Assembly: GCA_036511715.1 (NCBI GenBank)
Contig: DATCBS010000006.1
Location: 231,277 to 295,276 of the forward strand
Reading direction: 5' to 3'
Length of the DNA: 64,000 nucleotides
DNA from: Caulobacteraceae bacterium
Lineage (GTDB): Bacteria; Pseudomonadota; Alphaproteobacteria; Caulobacterales; Caulobacteraceae
The position numbers and the translations under genes were made by a program. The notes beneath the pieces were generated by a model. The model was given only the letters and a program-made list of their open reading frames with translations. It did not search any database and was not told where the DNA came from. Shown piece by piece: positions 35,851 to 46,615 of this stretch (position 1 is the first letter of the stretch; each line of letters begins with the position of its first letter).

Positions 35851-36763
35851 TCGAGGTTGGAGCAGGATTGGTGGCGGCCGGGCCGGTAGCGGGCCGCACG
35901 CGAAGGCGCTTCACTCGCCGAGGATCGGCGTCGGTGATTTCGAATTCCAGTCCGGCCGGATGAGCAATCACCTCGCCTCTTTGCGGTACTCTTCCGGCGA
36001 GCGCGGTCACCAGGCCAGCGGCGGTGTCGATGTCGTCCTCGATCTCATCGCCAACCAGATCCCGTCCGAGTGCGGCTTCGAGTTCCTGCAAAGCAACCCT
36101 TGCATCGACCTCGAAGACGCCGCCAGCCCTGGCGAGGATCCGATTGGCGGCGGCTTCGTCGTGCTCGTCGTCGATCTCTCCCACGACCGCCTCGATGACG
36201 TCCTCGAGCGTGACCAGGCCATCGACGCCCCCGAACTCGTCGATGACCATCGCCATGTGGATGCGGCTCGACTGCATACGGACCAGCAGGTCGGCGGCGC
36301 GCATCGAAGGCGGAACGTAGAGTGCATCGCGCATGAGTTGCCCCAGGACAGAGCCGGTCGCCGTTTCGCGGGTCTCTCGCGCCATAAGCCTGAAGAGGTC
36401 CTTCAGGTGCGCGACGCCGACCGGATCGTCCAGGCTCTCCCTGTAGACCGGAAGTCTGGAGTGCTCGCTGTCCGCGAAGGCGGCGACCGCCGCCTCGAAG
36501 GATGACGAGATCTCCACAGCGGTGATATCGGCCCGCGGCGTCATCACGTCGGCGACCCGCAGTCTCTGGAAGGCCTCGGCGTGATCCACCAAGTCAGTGG
36601 TGGCGCTGGAGCTCGCTACCGCCTTGCCGAGCGGTTTCGACGCGCGTTTATCTCTGGTCCACGGGTTGGCGCGCCGGAGCCACATGCGCAGGGCCGCGGC
36701 CCAGCCTCTTCCGACGGTCTGCACGGCGCCGTGCGAGGTTACTTCTTCATCGGGACTGGGCAA
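35843..36763 (-). CDS. CBS/CorC-HlyC domain protein (CorC/TlyC-like)
   Basis: VMTPR, HSRLPVY, VIDEFGGVDGLVTLED..E.VVGEIDDEHD; TTG start after GAGGAG. Confidence 0.9.
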   Translation of the reverse strand: MPSPDEEVTSHGAVQTVGRGWAAALRMWLRRANPWTRDKRASKPLGKAVASSSATTDLVDHAEAFQRLRVADVMTPRADITAVEISSSFEAAVAAFADSEHSRLPVYRESLDDPVGVAHLKDLFRLMARETRETATGSVLGQLMRDALYVPPSMRAADLLVRMQSSRIHMAMVIDEFGGVDGLVTLEDVIEAVVGEIDDEHDEAAANRILARAGGVFEVDARVALQELEAALGRDLVGDEIEDDIDTAAGLVTALAGRVPQRGEVIAHPAGLEFEITDADPRRVKRLRVRPATGPAATNPAPTSNG

Positions 36764-37229
36764 GATGCTCCTCGCCGGAGCGATCGAAATAGGGGTCTGG
36801 AACGCCCAGGCGGCCAAGCAGTTCGATTTCGATCGCCTCCATCCTGGCCGCCTCGTCGGGAGTTTGGTGATCGTGGCCCACGAGATGCAGAACGCCATGA
36901 ATGACCAGATGGCGAAGATGGTCGATCAGGCCCTTGCCCTGATCGCGGGCCTCGCGTTCGCAGACACCGAACGCCAACGCGATGTCGCCGAGAACGCCGG
37001 CGGCGCCGACCGGAGCGGGAAACGCGAGCACGTTGGTCGCAAGGTCGCGGCCGCGGAAGCGTCGACTCAGATCGCGCACCGTCTTGTCGTCGGTGAGCAG
37101 GAGCACGCAGGCCATGTCGACGGGTACGCCCGCAGCCCCAATGGCGAGCGCAGCGGCGTCGCGCGCCGCTCCGGCCGGGTTCGGCGCGATATGTCTCCAC
37201 CGCGGGTCTTCGATCTGAACTTGGATCAT
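36747..37229 (-). CDS. ybeY: rRNA maturation RNase YbeY
   Basis: TNVLAF, LGDI, HLVIHGVLHLVGHDH. Confidence 0.95.
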   Translation of the reverse strand: MIQVQIEDPRWRHIAPNPAGAARDAAALAIGAAGVPVDMACVLLLTDDKTVRDLSRRFRGRDLATNVLAFPAPVGAAGVLGDIALAFGVCEREARDQGKGLIDHLRHLVIHGVLHLVGHDHQTPDEAARMEAIEIELLGRLGVPDPYFDRSGEEHLAQSR

Positions 37230-38185
37230 CGTTTCAAGCGCGCGGAGTCGGCGTCATAGGCCTCGACGATCCTGCCGACCAGCGGGTGGCGGACAACATC
37301 CATGGTGGAGAAACGGGTGACGGCCACTCCTTCGACTCCATCCAGGATGGCAACTGCGTGGATCAGGCCGGAATCGGCGGAATTGACCAGGTCGACCTGG
37401 CTTGGATCCCCGGTGACCGCCATGCGCGATCCTTCCCCCAGTCGGGTCAGCACCATCTTCATCTGCAGGCGCGACGCGTTCTGAGCTTCGTCAACGATGA
37501 CGTAGGCGTGCGCCAAGGTTCGCCCTCTCATAAATCCGATTGGCGCGACCTCGATTTCGCCGCGGTCGCGCCGGCGACGCCAGGCGTCGGCGCCCAATAT
37601 GTCGCTCATCGCTTCCCAGACCGGAGCCATGTACGGATCTACCTTCTCGCCGAGATCGCCGGGAAGGAAGCCTAGGCGTTCGCCGGCCTCGACCGCGGGG
37701 CGGGTCACCACCACTCTCTCGACCTGTCCCGAACGCAGGAGGCTGGCGGCATGGGCGACCGCGAGAAATGTCTTTCCTGTACCGGCGGGACCAAGGCCGA
37801 AGACAAGGTCGTTGGCCGCCAGGGCTTCGAGATACCGCGCCTGGTTCGGGGTCTTGGCGGCGACCGGACCGCGGCGCGCCGCCGGTCCTATCCCGGCGGC
37901 CCCCGATCGCGCCTGGTCGATCGCCAAGCGCACGTCAGCAGGGGTAACTTCCAGTCGCGACGCTACTTGTCCGGCCAAGGTCTCGATGGCTTGCCGTGCG
38001 CCGCGGCGACCCTTGACCTCGCCGCCCACGGAGACGCCCCCGCCGGGTGTTTCTACGAGGACATGGAACGCATCTTCGATGAGCGCGGCATGCCGTCCGC
38101 CCGGACCTGAAACGGCGCGCACCGCCGCGTCGGTGAGAGGGACGAACTCGGAGGCGCCCCCGCGCCTCAAGCCGCTTCCAGGCAA
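37226..38185 (-). CDS. PhoH-family ATPase (YbeZ)
   Basis: [42 protein letters not shown]. Confidence 0.95.
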   Translation of the reverse strand: MPGSGLRRGGASEFVPLTDAAVRAVSGPGGRHAALIEDAFHVLVETPGGGVSVGGEVKGRRGARQAIETLAGQVASRLEVTPADVRLAIDQARSGAAGIGPAARRGPVAAKTPNQARYLEALAANDLVFGLGPAGTGKTFLAVAHAASLLRSGQVERVVVTRPAVEAGERLGFLPGDLGEKVDPYMAPVWEAMSDILGADAWRRRRDRGEIEVAPIGFMRGRTLAHAYVIVDEAQNASRLQMKMVLTRLGEGSRMAVTGDPSQVDLVNSADSGLIHAVAILDGVEGVAVTRFSTMDVVRHPLVGRIVEAYDADSARLKR

Positions 38186-39507
38186 AGGTGTCCCGCTACG
38201 CTGTTTGCTCCGGCCGATGTGATGGCGACCGTGGCGACCCTACCGATGAGGTCCAGGCTCGCGCGGCAATGCACGGCTTGGAGCCAGGGACTTCGTCCGA
38301 CGATCTCACCCAAGATGCGCCCCGGCCGGTCGAACAGCACTGGAGCGGTGCGCCCCACCAGAGCGGAATTGAACGCCGCCTGCTGAGTCGCGAGCAGGGC
38401 TTGGAGCCGGCTGAGGCGTTCGGCCTTGACTCGCTCATCAACCTGACCGGGCAGGACTGCGCCAGGTGTGCCCGGACGCCGCGAGTACTTGAACGAGAAG
38501 GAACTGGCGAAACCGACCTTCTCGACAAGCTCGAGCGTTGCCTCGAAGTCTGCGTCGCTCTCCCCGGGGAAGCCGACGATGAAGTCCGATGACAGCGCCA
38601 TGTCGGGCCGGGCCATGCGAACGCGCTCGACGACATCCAGGTATTGAGCGGCGGTGTGGCCGCGGTTCATCGCCCGAAGGATGCGATCCGAACCGCTCTG
38701 AACCGGCAGATGCAGATAGGGCATGAGGGCCTCCACCTCGGCGTGGGCGGCGATCAGCGACTGATCCATGTCTCGCGGGTGGCTGGTGGTGTAGCGGATG
38801 CGCTCCAGCCCCTTTATCCCTGCCAGCATACGAATGAGGCCCGCCAAGCCGAGATCGCTCATATAGGCGTTGACGTTTTGGCCCAGCAGGGTGATCTCGC
38901 GCACTCCCTTTTCGGTCAGGTTTCTTGCTTCTTCGAGGATTTGCTCCGACGGGCGGGAGTATTCCGCGCCGCGCGTGTAGGGCACCACACAGAATGCGCA
39001 GAATTTGTCGCAACCCTCCTGCACGGTCAGGAAGGCGGTTGGCGAATTGGCGTCGCGCAACGCGCCTAGGGTGTCGAATTTTTCCTCAGGGGCGAAGTCC
39101 GCGGCGAGCCGCTCCCCAACCGCACGATGGGTGCGGGCGATGAGTTCCGGAAGGCGTTGGTATGACTGCGGTCCCACCGCAAAGTCGACGGCAGGCTGGC
39201 GGCGCATGATTTCCGCGCCCTCGGCTTGCGCCACACAGCCCGCTACCACGATTATCATCCCGCCGCCGGCTGCGGTCCTTCGGGCCTTGACCGCTTTCAG
39301 TCGGCCGAGTTCGGAATAGACCTTTTCCGTCGCCTTTTCGCGGATGTGGCAGGTGTTGAGGACCACGAGATCCGCGTCCTCCGCTGCGTCCGTGGGCGCG
39401 TAACCCAAGGGTCGCATCAGTTCGCCGACCCTCTCGCTGTCATAGACATTCATCTGGCAGCCAAAGGTCTTGACGTAGATGCGCCGCGGGGAGGGCGTGG
39501 GGTTCAT
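38167..39507 (-). CDS. miaB: tRNA methylthiotransferase MiaB
   Basis: [21 protein letters not shown], radical-SAM [12 protein letters not shown] domain. Confidence 0.97.
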   Translation of the reverse strand: MNPTPSPRRIYVKTFGCQMNVYDSERVGELMRPLGYAPTDAAEDADLVVLNTCHIREKATEKVYSELGRLKAVKARRTAAGGGMIIVVAGCVAQAEGAEIMRRQPAVDFAVGPQSYQRLPELIARTHRAVGERLAADFAPEEKFDTLGALRDANSPTAFLTVQEGCDKFCAFCVVPYTRGAEYSRPSEQILEEARNLTEKGVREITLLGQNVNAYMSDLGLAGLIRMLAGIKGLERIRYTTSHPRDMDQSLIAAHAEVEALMPYLHLPVQSGSDRILRAMNRGHTAAQYLDVVERVRMARPDMALSSDFIVGFPGESDADFEATLELVEKVGFASSFSFKYSRRPGTPGAVLPGQVDERVKAERLSRLQALLATQQAAFNSALVGRTAPVLFDRPGRILGEIVGRSPWLQAVHCRASLDLIGRVATVAITSAGANSVAGHLCLEAA

Positions 39508-39545
39508 TTTCGGGCTATGCAACCGCGCGGCCAGAGGATGTGGTC

Positions 39546-39953
39546 TCAATCATCAACCGGCACACCGTAGAGTTCCAGTCGGTGGTCGACGAGACGGTAG
39601 CCCAGTTTCTTGGCGATCGCCTTCTGCAGGGCCTCGATCTCGTTGTCGACGAACTCGATCACGGCGCCGCTCTTCATGTCGATAAGGTGGTCATGATGCG
39701 TTTCGCTTGCTTCCTCATAGCGCGAGCGCCCATCGCGGAAGTCGTGCTTGGTTAGGATGCCGCTTTCCTCGAAGAGCCGCACCGTTCGATAGACCGTCGC
39801 GATCGATATGTGGGGATCTATGGCGTGGGCCCGCCGATGCAACTCCTCGACATCGGGATGGTCGCTTGCCGCCGAAAGCACGCGCGCGATCACGCGTCTT
39901 TGCTCGGTCATCCGCATGCCGCTCTCGATGCACAGCTTTTCGAGCCGATCCAA
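39546..39953 (-). CDS. fur: Ferric uptake regulator family (Fur/Mur)
   Basis: [36 protein letters not shown]. Confidence 0.92.
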   Translation of the reverse strand: MDRLEKLCIESGMRMTEQRRVIARVLSAASDHPDVEELHRRAHAIDPHISIATVYRTVRLFEESGILTKHDFRDGRSRYEEASETHHDHLIDMKSGAVIEFVDNEIEALQKAIAKKLGYRLVDHRLELYGVPVDD

Positions 39954-40004
39954 CCGACGCTCCGATACCCACGGCCTGTCAGCGGAATGATAGGGCCGCC
40001 GAAC

Positions 40005-40448
40005 TCAGCTGTTAAGGTCAAGGCGCAACACGAGGGCGTCGCCGCCGCCGTCGCGAGCGTAATAGGCCGCGCGGGCGCCGACCATCGCGAAACCGGCGTT
40101 GCGGTAAAGAGTCAACGCTGCTTGATTTTGCGAGGCGACCTCCAGAAACAGTTGTCTCGCACCCGAATTGCGCGCCCAGACGACCGCGGCGCCCAGGAGC
40201 GCGCTCGCAAGGCCTTTGCGGCGGTGCGCCGGAGCGATCGCGAGGGTGAGGACTTCGGCTTCGCAGGCAGCAATTCGCGTCAGCACGAATGCGACGAGCT
40301 CTCCTTCGTATTCCACGACCTGGGCCGAAACCCCCGGACTGGCGAGAAAAGCGTCCAGTTGACCCGCGTCCCACCCGACCGGGAACGCCGAGGCGTGGAT
40401 CTGGGCCAGCGCCGCGACTTCGCCTTCGCGGCAGAAGCGAATCCTCAC
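40005..40448 (-). CDS. RimI-like GNAT acetyltransferase
   Basis: EAEVLTLAI.P.HRRKG, LFLEVA..N.AA..LY...GF...G.R..YY; coupled to tsaB. Confidence 0.85.
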   Translation of the reverse strand: MRIRFCREGEVAALAQIHASAFPVGWDAGQLDAFLASPGVSAQVVEYEGELVAFVLTRIAACEAEVLTLAIAPAHRRKGLASALLGAAVVWARNSGARQLFLEVASQNQAALTLYRNAGFAMVGARAAYYARDGGGDALVLRLDLNS

Positions 40449-41080
40449 GGACGTTGGACCGCGCCTGGCGAACGAAGATAGAGGGGCATCATTGGCCCGA
40501 CCCGCGCTCGCCACGCCAGCCGTGCAACCGACTGCGGCGAGGGCGCATTGAGATCGACGAAACGGCAAGCGTGAAGTCTGGCCTCGAGGAGTCGCGCGCC
40601 GGGCCCGACAATGCTCAGGTTTTCGAGATCGCCCCTCCCGGCGAGCCATTCGGCGGCGTGGTCGAGGCCAAGGACATCTGCTGGCTTGACCGACCGTCCA
40701 GCCACGAACACCTGTAGATAGACATTGCCCCGCCCTGCGTCGACAACGGCCGCGACCGGGCCGGTCAACTTGGCCGTGGCGGCCAGGGCTTCGAGAGTTC
40801 CCACCCCCGCGCAGTGACGATGAAGGCTCAGGGCCAAGCCCTTTGCGAACGCGATGCCGACGCGAAGACCCGTGAACGAACCCGGGCCGACGGTGACACC
40901 GATGCGGTCGATGGCGGAAAATCCCAGTTTCAGCTGCTCCATCAACTCGTCGACAATTGGCGCAATGCGTTCCTGATGGCCGCGCATCATGGGCTCGGAC
41001 CGCGCGCCGAGAAGGGCCCCTCTGTCGACGACCGCGGCTGAGCAGGCGCCAAGGCAGGTATCCATCGCAAGGACAACCAC
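40445..41080 (-). CDS. tsaB: t6A biosynthesis protein TsaB
   Basis: LAMDT, GHQE, VTVGPGSFTGLRVG, PLYLR. Confidence 0.93.
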   Translation of the reverse strand: MVVLAMDTCLGACSAAVVDRGALLGARSEPMMRGHQERIAPIVDELMEQLKLGFSAIDRIGVTVGPGSFTGLRVGIAFAKGLALSLHRHCAGVGTLEALAATAKLTGPVAAVVDAGRGNVYLQVFVAGRSVKPADVLGLDHAAEWLAGRGDLENLSIVGPGARLLEARLHACRFVDLNAPSPQSVARLAWRARVGPMMPLYLRSPGAVQRP

Positions 41081-41090
41081 CCCGGTTCCT

Positions 41091-41681
41091 TCAGACTATC
41101 CTGCAGGCTTCTTCGAAGCTGTGGCGCGGTGAGCGTTCGAACAGGTTGTGGTCGGTGCCGTAGCCCATCGAGCAGAGGAAATTGGACTTGATTCGTGTGC
41201 CCGCGAAGAAGATGGCGTCGACCTTCCCATTGTCGAATCCGGACATGGGCCCGCAATCGAGGCCGAGAGATCTGGCGGCCACTATCAGATATGCGCCCTG
41301 GAGCGATGAGTTACGGAAAGCCATCGGTTCGACGATCGCCGGGTCGGTGAGACCCTCCTTCATCTTCGGGGCGTGTGGAAAGAGCTTCGGAAGAGTCTCG
41401 GGGAAGTCCAAGTCGTAGCCCACGATCACCGTCGCCGGAGCTTGCTTGATCTTGGCTTGGTTGTTGCCGGCGGCCACTGAAGCGAGCTTCTCCTTGGCGT
41501 CTGTGCTTGTCACGAACACGAATCTCGCCGGTGTGGAATTCGCCGCCGTGGGGCCGAATTTCGCCAGATCATAAATCTCGCGGAGCAGTGCTTCGGGCAG
41601 GGGTGAGGTTTCCCAACCGTTGCGGGTGCGAGCCTTGCGAAAGATCCGATCAAGGGCTTCGTCGTCCAGGCGGGCCTGCAT
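41091..41681 (-). CDS. Malonic semialdehyde reductase/RutE-like nitroreductase
   Basis: [39 protein letters not shown]. Confidence 0.88.
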   Translation of the reverse strand: MQARLDDEALDRIFRKARTRNGWETSPLPEALLREIYDLAKFGPTAANSTPARFVFVTSTDAKEKLASVAAGNNQAKIKQAPATVIVGYDLDFPETLPKLFPHAPKMKEGLTDPAIVEPMAFRNSSLQGAYLIVAARSLGLDCGPMSGFDNGKVDAIFFAGTRIKSNFLCSMGYGTDHNLFERSPRHSFEEACRIV

Positions 41682-41742
41682 AGGCTGTGTCTTCCGAGAG
41701 AATTGGGCGGAGCCCGGCGAAGCGGCCGCGACCAGGGCGTCT

Positions 41743-42309
41743 CTAGAGGGTCTGCTCGACCCGGGTGACCTCCGGCACATAGTGACGAAGCATGTTCTCT
41801 ACGCCGCTCTTCAGCGTGGCCGCGGAGGAAGGGCAGCCAGAGCAGGCCCCACGCATGTGGAGCCAGACGACGCCGGTCTCCTGTTCAAATCTGGAAAAGA
41901 GGATGTCGCCGCCGTCCTGAGCCACCGCGGGACGGATGCGGGAATCGAGAAGCGCCTTGATCTCCTTGACGATCTCCGCCGCTTCGCCCTCGTAGACGGG
42001 CCCCGAGTCCTCTTCGGCGCCGCCGTCACGCAGCAGCGGCGCCTGGCCGGTAAAGTGATCCATGATCGCCGCCAGGATCGGAGCCTTCAGATGCGCCCAC
42101 ACGGCGTCGCTCTGCTTGGTCACAGTGAGGAAGTCTGGACCGAAGAATACCCGTGTCACGCCCGGAACGTCGAAAAGAGCACCCGCCAGAGGTGAGGCTT
42201 CGGCTTCCTCGGCGCCTTTGAACTCGCGCGTTCCTGAACCCAGCACCTCCCGCCCGGGCAGGAACTTCAAAACCTCGGGGTTGGGCGTGGCCTCGGTCTG
42301 GATGAACAT
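41743..42309 (-). CDS. NifU/Nfu-type Fe-S carrier
   Basis: [30 protein letters not shown]. Confidence 0.94.
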   Translation of the reverse strand: MFIQTEATPNPEVLKFLPGREVLGSGTREFKGAEEAEASPLAGALFDVPGVTRVFFGPDFLTVTKQSDAVWAHLKAPILAAIMDHFTGQAPLLRDGGAEEDSGPVYEGEAAEIVKEIKALLDSRIRPAVAQDGGDILFSRFEQETGVVWLHMRGACSGCPSSAATLKSGVENMLRHYVPEVTRVEQTL

Positions 42310-42368
42310 TGAAACTCGGCCCTTCTCGATGATTGGTAGATGGCGTCTCGCCCCGCAACGCGCAACCT

Positions 42369-43409
42369 CTAGCGTGGCCGCCAGAAGCCTACGATGCGCT
42401 TGGTCTCGTCGAGCACCGGCGCCGCCAGCGCCCTCGCCCGTTCGGCGCCATCGGCCAGAATGCGGTCGATTGCCACCGGATCGGCCAGCAATCGGCGCAT
42501 CTCCGCCGAAACCGGCCCGAGTCTTTGCCAGATCAGCTCCGCGAGATCTCTCTTGAATCTCTGCCCGAAGCCCTCGCCCCCGTAGGTCTCGAGGATCTGC
42601 GCCTTCCGAACGTCTAAGAGAGCCGCGAAGAGCGCGACGAGATTGTCCGCTTCCGGACGGTCGGCCAAACCCGCTTCGAGCCTGGGCAGGGTCTCGGGAT
42701 CCGTCCTGGCGCGCCTGATCTTCGCTTCAATCACCTCGGCGGTGTCGGATAGATTTATCCGAGCCTGGTCGGAGGGGTCGGACTTCGACATTTTCGCCCG
42801 ACCGTCCCGCAGAGACATCACCCTGGCCCCCGGACCTTCGATCAAGGCCTCGGTGAGAGGGAAGAAACCCGGGGCGTCGAAGTCATGATTGAACTTTCCG
42901 GCGATGTCCCGCGTGAGCTCGAGGTGCTGTTTCTGGTCCTCTCCAACCGGCACGTGGGTCGCCTTGTAGAGGAGGATATCCGCAGCCTGAAGAACCGGAT
43001 AGGCGTATAGGCCCAGACTGGCCCGCTCCGAGTGCCTTCCGGATTTCTCCTTGAACTGGGTCATCCGGTCCAGCCACCCAAGGCGCGCGACACAATCGAA
43101 TATCCAGGCGAGTTCGGCATGCTGCGGAATCGCCGATTGGGGAAAGATGATCGCCCGCTTCGGATCGACTCCGGCCGCAAGGTACGCCGCGGCGATCTCG
43201 CGCGTCTGCGCGGCAAGCTTCGCGGGGTCTTGCCAGGCGGTGATTGCGTGCAGATCGACCACGCAGAAGAGGCATTCCATCGTGTGCTGGAGCGCGACGA
43301 ATTTTGCCAGGGCGCCCAGGTAGTTACCGAGGTGAAGGTCGCCGGAGGGCTGCACGCCGGAGAAGACGCGCATCGGACCGGCGTAGGCTGTGGAAAGCGG
43401 AGCGGTCAT
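42369..43409 (-). CDS. trpS: Tryptophan--tRNA ligase
   Basis: [36 protein letters not shown]. Confidence 0.98.
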   Translation of the reverse strand: MTAPLSTAYAGPMRVFSGVQPSGDLHLGNYLGALAKFVALQHTMECLFCVVDLHAITAWQDPAKLAAQTREIAAAYLAAGVDPKRAIIFPQSAIPQHAELAWIFDCVARLGWLDRMTQFKEKSGRHSERASLGLYAYPVLQAADILLYKATHVPVGEDQKQHLELTRDIAGKFNHDFDAPGFFPLTEALIEGPGARVMSLRDGRAKMSKSDPSDQARINLSDTAEVIEAKIRRARTDPETLPRLEAGLADRPEADNLVALFAALLDVRKAQILETYGGEGFGQRFKRDLAELIWQRLGPVSAEMRRLLADPVAIDRILADGAERARALAAPVLDETKRIVGFWRPR

Positions 43410-43693
43410 GGGTGAATCTTCAAGGGACCGGGGGAGGCGAATTGGCAAGCGAACCAATGGCGATTGGCTTCAATTGGTGCGGCTCGCGCGCGCCATCGCC
43501 GCAGGCAGCGGAGCGAATACGTCACGGCGCGGGTTAGAGCGTCGAGGGCCCTGCGACAAGGCGACGGTTGGCCGCCGGAGCTGAAGAGCGCATCGCTCGG
43601 GACGGCCATGGCGACAACAGCGAGCGCGCTCGCTGTTGGTGGAAGCGCGCGCTTGTGGGCCCGGCTTGACCAGAACTGCTGTGAGCAGTTCAT
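43406..43693 (-). CDS. Possible 95-aa orphan ORF coupled to glnD and trpS
   Basis: Its ATG overlaps the glnD TGA and its TGA overlaps the trpS ATG; no recognisable family. Confidence 0.3.
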   Translation of the reverse strand: MNCSQQFWSSRAHKRALPPTASALAVVAMAVPSDALFSSGGQPSPCRRALDALTRAVTYSLRCLRRWRARAAPIEANRHWFACQFASPGPLKIHP

Positions 43694-46518
43694 CGCGCCG
43701 CGCTGGCCCGCGCTTTGGATCGACCCGCAACCGACGGGCGAGGTTCGCCCGACCCGAGCACCCCCGAAAGTTGTGTCCGAACAGCGGCTATCTGTTCGTC
43801 GTCGGTGAGTTTAGCGCCACCGGAGGCGACGACGTAGAAGGTGTCCACCGCCCTTTCGCCGTAGCTGTCGATATGGGCCGATTGCACCGAAAGACCCGCC
43901 GCCGAAAGAGTCCGTGCGAGAGCCTGCAGAAGACCGGGTCGATCACGACCGGAGGTTTCGATGATCGTGGAAACTTGCGAGGCGTCGTTGTCGATTGCCA
44001 CGAGGGGGGAAATGGAAAAGGCGGCGGCGCGCCCGAAGTCCGCCGGTTGCCGGTCCTCCCACTTCGCAGGTTCCCCGAGCGCCGCCCGTTCGAGCGCTTC
44101 CGAAAGCCGACCCAGAAGGCGGGGGTTCTGCTCGCCGAGGGGCCTGCCCGCGCGATCGTGGACGTAGAACACATCGAGCGCCTGGCCAGCGGTTGACGTG
44201 AAGATCCGCGCCCCCACGACATTGCCGCCGAAGGCTGAAACGGTGAGGGCGAGATCCGCGAACAGCGCCTGCCGATCCTTGGCGGCGATGACAAGCTCGG
44301 CCGCGTTTCGATCGGGCCTGATCTTGCATTCCGCGGCGGCGCCGGATCCTGATCTTGCGCGGATCCAGAGGTTGCGATGCGCAGCCTGTTCGGCAGCCGG
44401 GAACGTGGCGAAATAGGCGTCCTCCATGGCGCTCGCCCAAGACGTGGCGGACGGATCGGCCGAAACGAGCGCGGTGCGGGTTTCGTACGCGATGGCTTCA
44501 TGCCGTCGGCGCGCGAGCGCGGCCGCGTCTGACGGGCGGCCGCCGCTCAAGAACACCTCGGTGGCCGTGAAAAGTTCCCGCAGAAGCTGCCCCTTCCATC
44601 CGTTCCAAACTCCGGGCCCGACGGCGCGAATATCGGCGACGGTGAGGACCAGAAGCAGGCGCAGGCGCTCGGCGGTCTCCACGACATTGGCGAAGGTCGC
44701 GACCGTCGAAGGATCGCCGAGATCGCGCTTTTGCGCATAGTCGCTCAGCATCAGGTGGTGTTCCACGAGCCAAGCGACCAGATCAGTGCGCCGATCGTTC
44801 AATCCCAGGCGCTCACAGGCTTGGCGGGCCGCTCTGGCGCCGGCAACTTCCTGACCTCCTTCGCCTCCCTTGCCGGTATCGTGCAGAAGCATCGCGAGGA
44901 ACAGCGCCTCAGTATCCTCGATCAGAGGCATGATTTGCGTCGAGAGCGGATGATCGTGAGCAAGGCGCCCGGCGGCAATGTCGGCGATTACTCCGATGGC
45001 GCGAAGGGTGTGCTCGTCGACGGTATAGGAGTGGTACATGTTGAACTGCATCTGAGCGACGATCCCTCCGAACTCGGGAAGGAAGCGACCCAAGACGCCC
45101 GCTTCATTCATGAGTTCCAGGCTCCTGCGGGTATTTTTCCCCCTTGCCAAAATGTCCAGAAATATTGTCGCCGCAGCCGGATCGCGTCTCACCTTCGACG
45201 TTATGAGACCAAGACTGCGAGTCGCGGACGCAAATCCGTCTGGATGGAGGTCGAGGTCTCTTGTGTCGGCAATCTTGAATAGCCTGAGCAGGTTGACAGG
45301 ATCGCGCGCGAAGGTCGTCGGACCCGCGACCGTCAAGCGTCCCCCCTCAAGACGAAAATCCTTCTCCACGAGGGGACTATGTGCGGTCCGCCTGGCCAGA
45401 AAGCGCGACAGTCCCCTCGGCGCCGACTTCATGTGATCCGCTTCGAGCTTTGCCGCGAAGACACGCGTCAGAGCGCCGACCTCCTTTGCGACCAGGAAAT
45501 ACCGGCGCATGAAGCGCTCCACGGCCGGGGTGTTGTCTCCTCCCTTGCGCGGCCGATCATTGTATCCCATCCGCCTCGCGATCTCTGGCTGGACATCGAA
45601 CGTCAGGCGTTCTTCGGGGCGGCCCGTGGCGAAGTGGAGATGAGCCCGCACCGCCTCGAGGAAGTCGAAGGCGCCGATGAAGGCCCTGACCTCCCGCCGC
45701 TGGAACATGTCGAGCCCCATGACAGCCTCAGCGCTGTCGGCGGGATGGAGGTAGCGCCCGATCCAAAACAGAGTGTGGAGGTCTCGAAGTCCTCCCTTGC
45801 CCTCTTTCACATTGGGTTCAACGAGAAAACGGCTCGCCCCCGCCCGCGCGTGACGCTCATCCCGCTCCCTGAGTTTTGCGGCGACGAATGTGGCGCCCGT
45901 CCCCTTCACGACCTCGTCGCGGAACCGTCGCTTCAAGGTGTCGGCCAGGGCGAGATCGCCGATCAGGAGCCTCGCCTCCAGAATGGCGGTCCGAATCGTG
46001 ATGTCCTCACGCGACAGCCGAACACATTCGGAAACCGTCCGGGAGGCGTGGCCAACCTTGAAACCGAGGTCCCACAAGGCATAGAGCATGAATTCTATCA
46101 CGCTTTCGCCATGTGCGGTGAGCTTGTACGGGCGCAGGAACAACAGATCGACATCGGAGAACGGCGCCAGTTCGCCTCTTCCGTAGCCGCCCACGGCAAT
46201 GACCGCGAGCCGCTCACCCTCGGTGGGGTTGCGGGCGCGGAACACGTGGACGGTCGTGAAGTCGTACAGCGCCGTGATCACCTCGTCGGTCACTGCACTG
46301 AGCAACCGCGCGGTCTCGACCCCGCCGGCGCCATTCTCGAGCCGTTCCTTGGCGATCATCCGGCCGCGGAAGAGCGCCGCCTTCAGGATATCGATGGCGC
46401 GCCGTCGCTGTTCGACCTCATCGCCTACGGCGTCCAGAGCCGCGGTCGACAGCAGTGCGCGCAGCCGGTGGCCGTCAACTACGTGTTCCACGCGAGTAGG
46501 ACGAAGGCGGGGCGGCAT
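43690..46518 (-). CDS. glnD: [Protein-PII] uridylyltransferase/uridylyl-removing enzyme
   Basis: AVGGYGRGELAPFSDVDLL, EPNVKEGKGGLRD, YHSYTVDEH...LLHD, two ACT domains. Confidence 0.97.
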   Translation of the reverse strand: MPPRLRPTRVEHVVDGHRLRALLSTAALDAVGDEVEQRRRAIDILKAALFRGRMIAKERLENGAGGVETARLLSAVTDEVITALYDFTTVHVFRARNPTEGERLAVIAVGGYGRGELAPFSDVDLLFLRPYKLTAHGESVIEFMLYALWDLGFKVGHASRTVSECVRLSREDITIRTAILEARLLIGDLALADTLKRRFRDEVVKGTGATFVAAKLRERDERHARAGASRFLVEPNVKEGKGGLRDLHTLFWIGRYLHPADSAEAVMGLDMFQRREVRAFIGAFDFLEAVRAHLHFATGRPEERLTFDVQPEIARRMGYNDRPRKGGDNTPAVERFMRRYFLVAKEVGALTRVFAAKLEADHMKSAPRGLSRFLARRTAHSPLVEKDFRLEGGRLTVAGPTTFARDPVNLLRLFKIADTRDLDLHPDGFASATRSLGLITSKVRRDPAAATIFLDILARGKNTRRSLELMNEAGVLGRFLPEFGGIVAQMQFNMYHSYTVDEHTLRAIGVIADIAAGRLAHDHPLSTQIMPLIEDTEALFLAMLLHDTGKGGEGGQEVAGARAARQACERLGLNDRRTDLVAWLVEHHLMLSDYAQKRDLGDPSTVATFANVVETAERLRLLLVLTVADIRAVGPGVWNGWKGQLLRELFTATEVFLSGGRPSDAAALARRRHEAIAYETRTALVSADPSATSWASAMEDAYFATFPAAEQAAHRNLWIRARSGSGAAAECKIRPDRNAAELVIAAKDRQALFADLALTVSAFGGNVVGARIFTSTAGQALDVFYVHDRAGRPLGEQNPRLLGRLSEALERAALGEPAKWEDRQPADFGRAAAFSISPLVAIDNDASQVSTIIETSGRDRPGLLQALARTLSAAGLSVQSAHIDSYGERAVDTFYVVASGGAKLTDDEQIAAVRTQLSGVLGSGEPRPSVAGRSKARASAAR

Positions 46519-46615
46519 GGGGTCTTATAGCGGTCGCCGTGCAAAAAATCCGACGACCGCCTGCGCGACCGGTCGCCGTTGCATTCCCATCTCCGGTCGC
46601 GTCGCTGGGCAGGGC

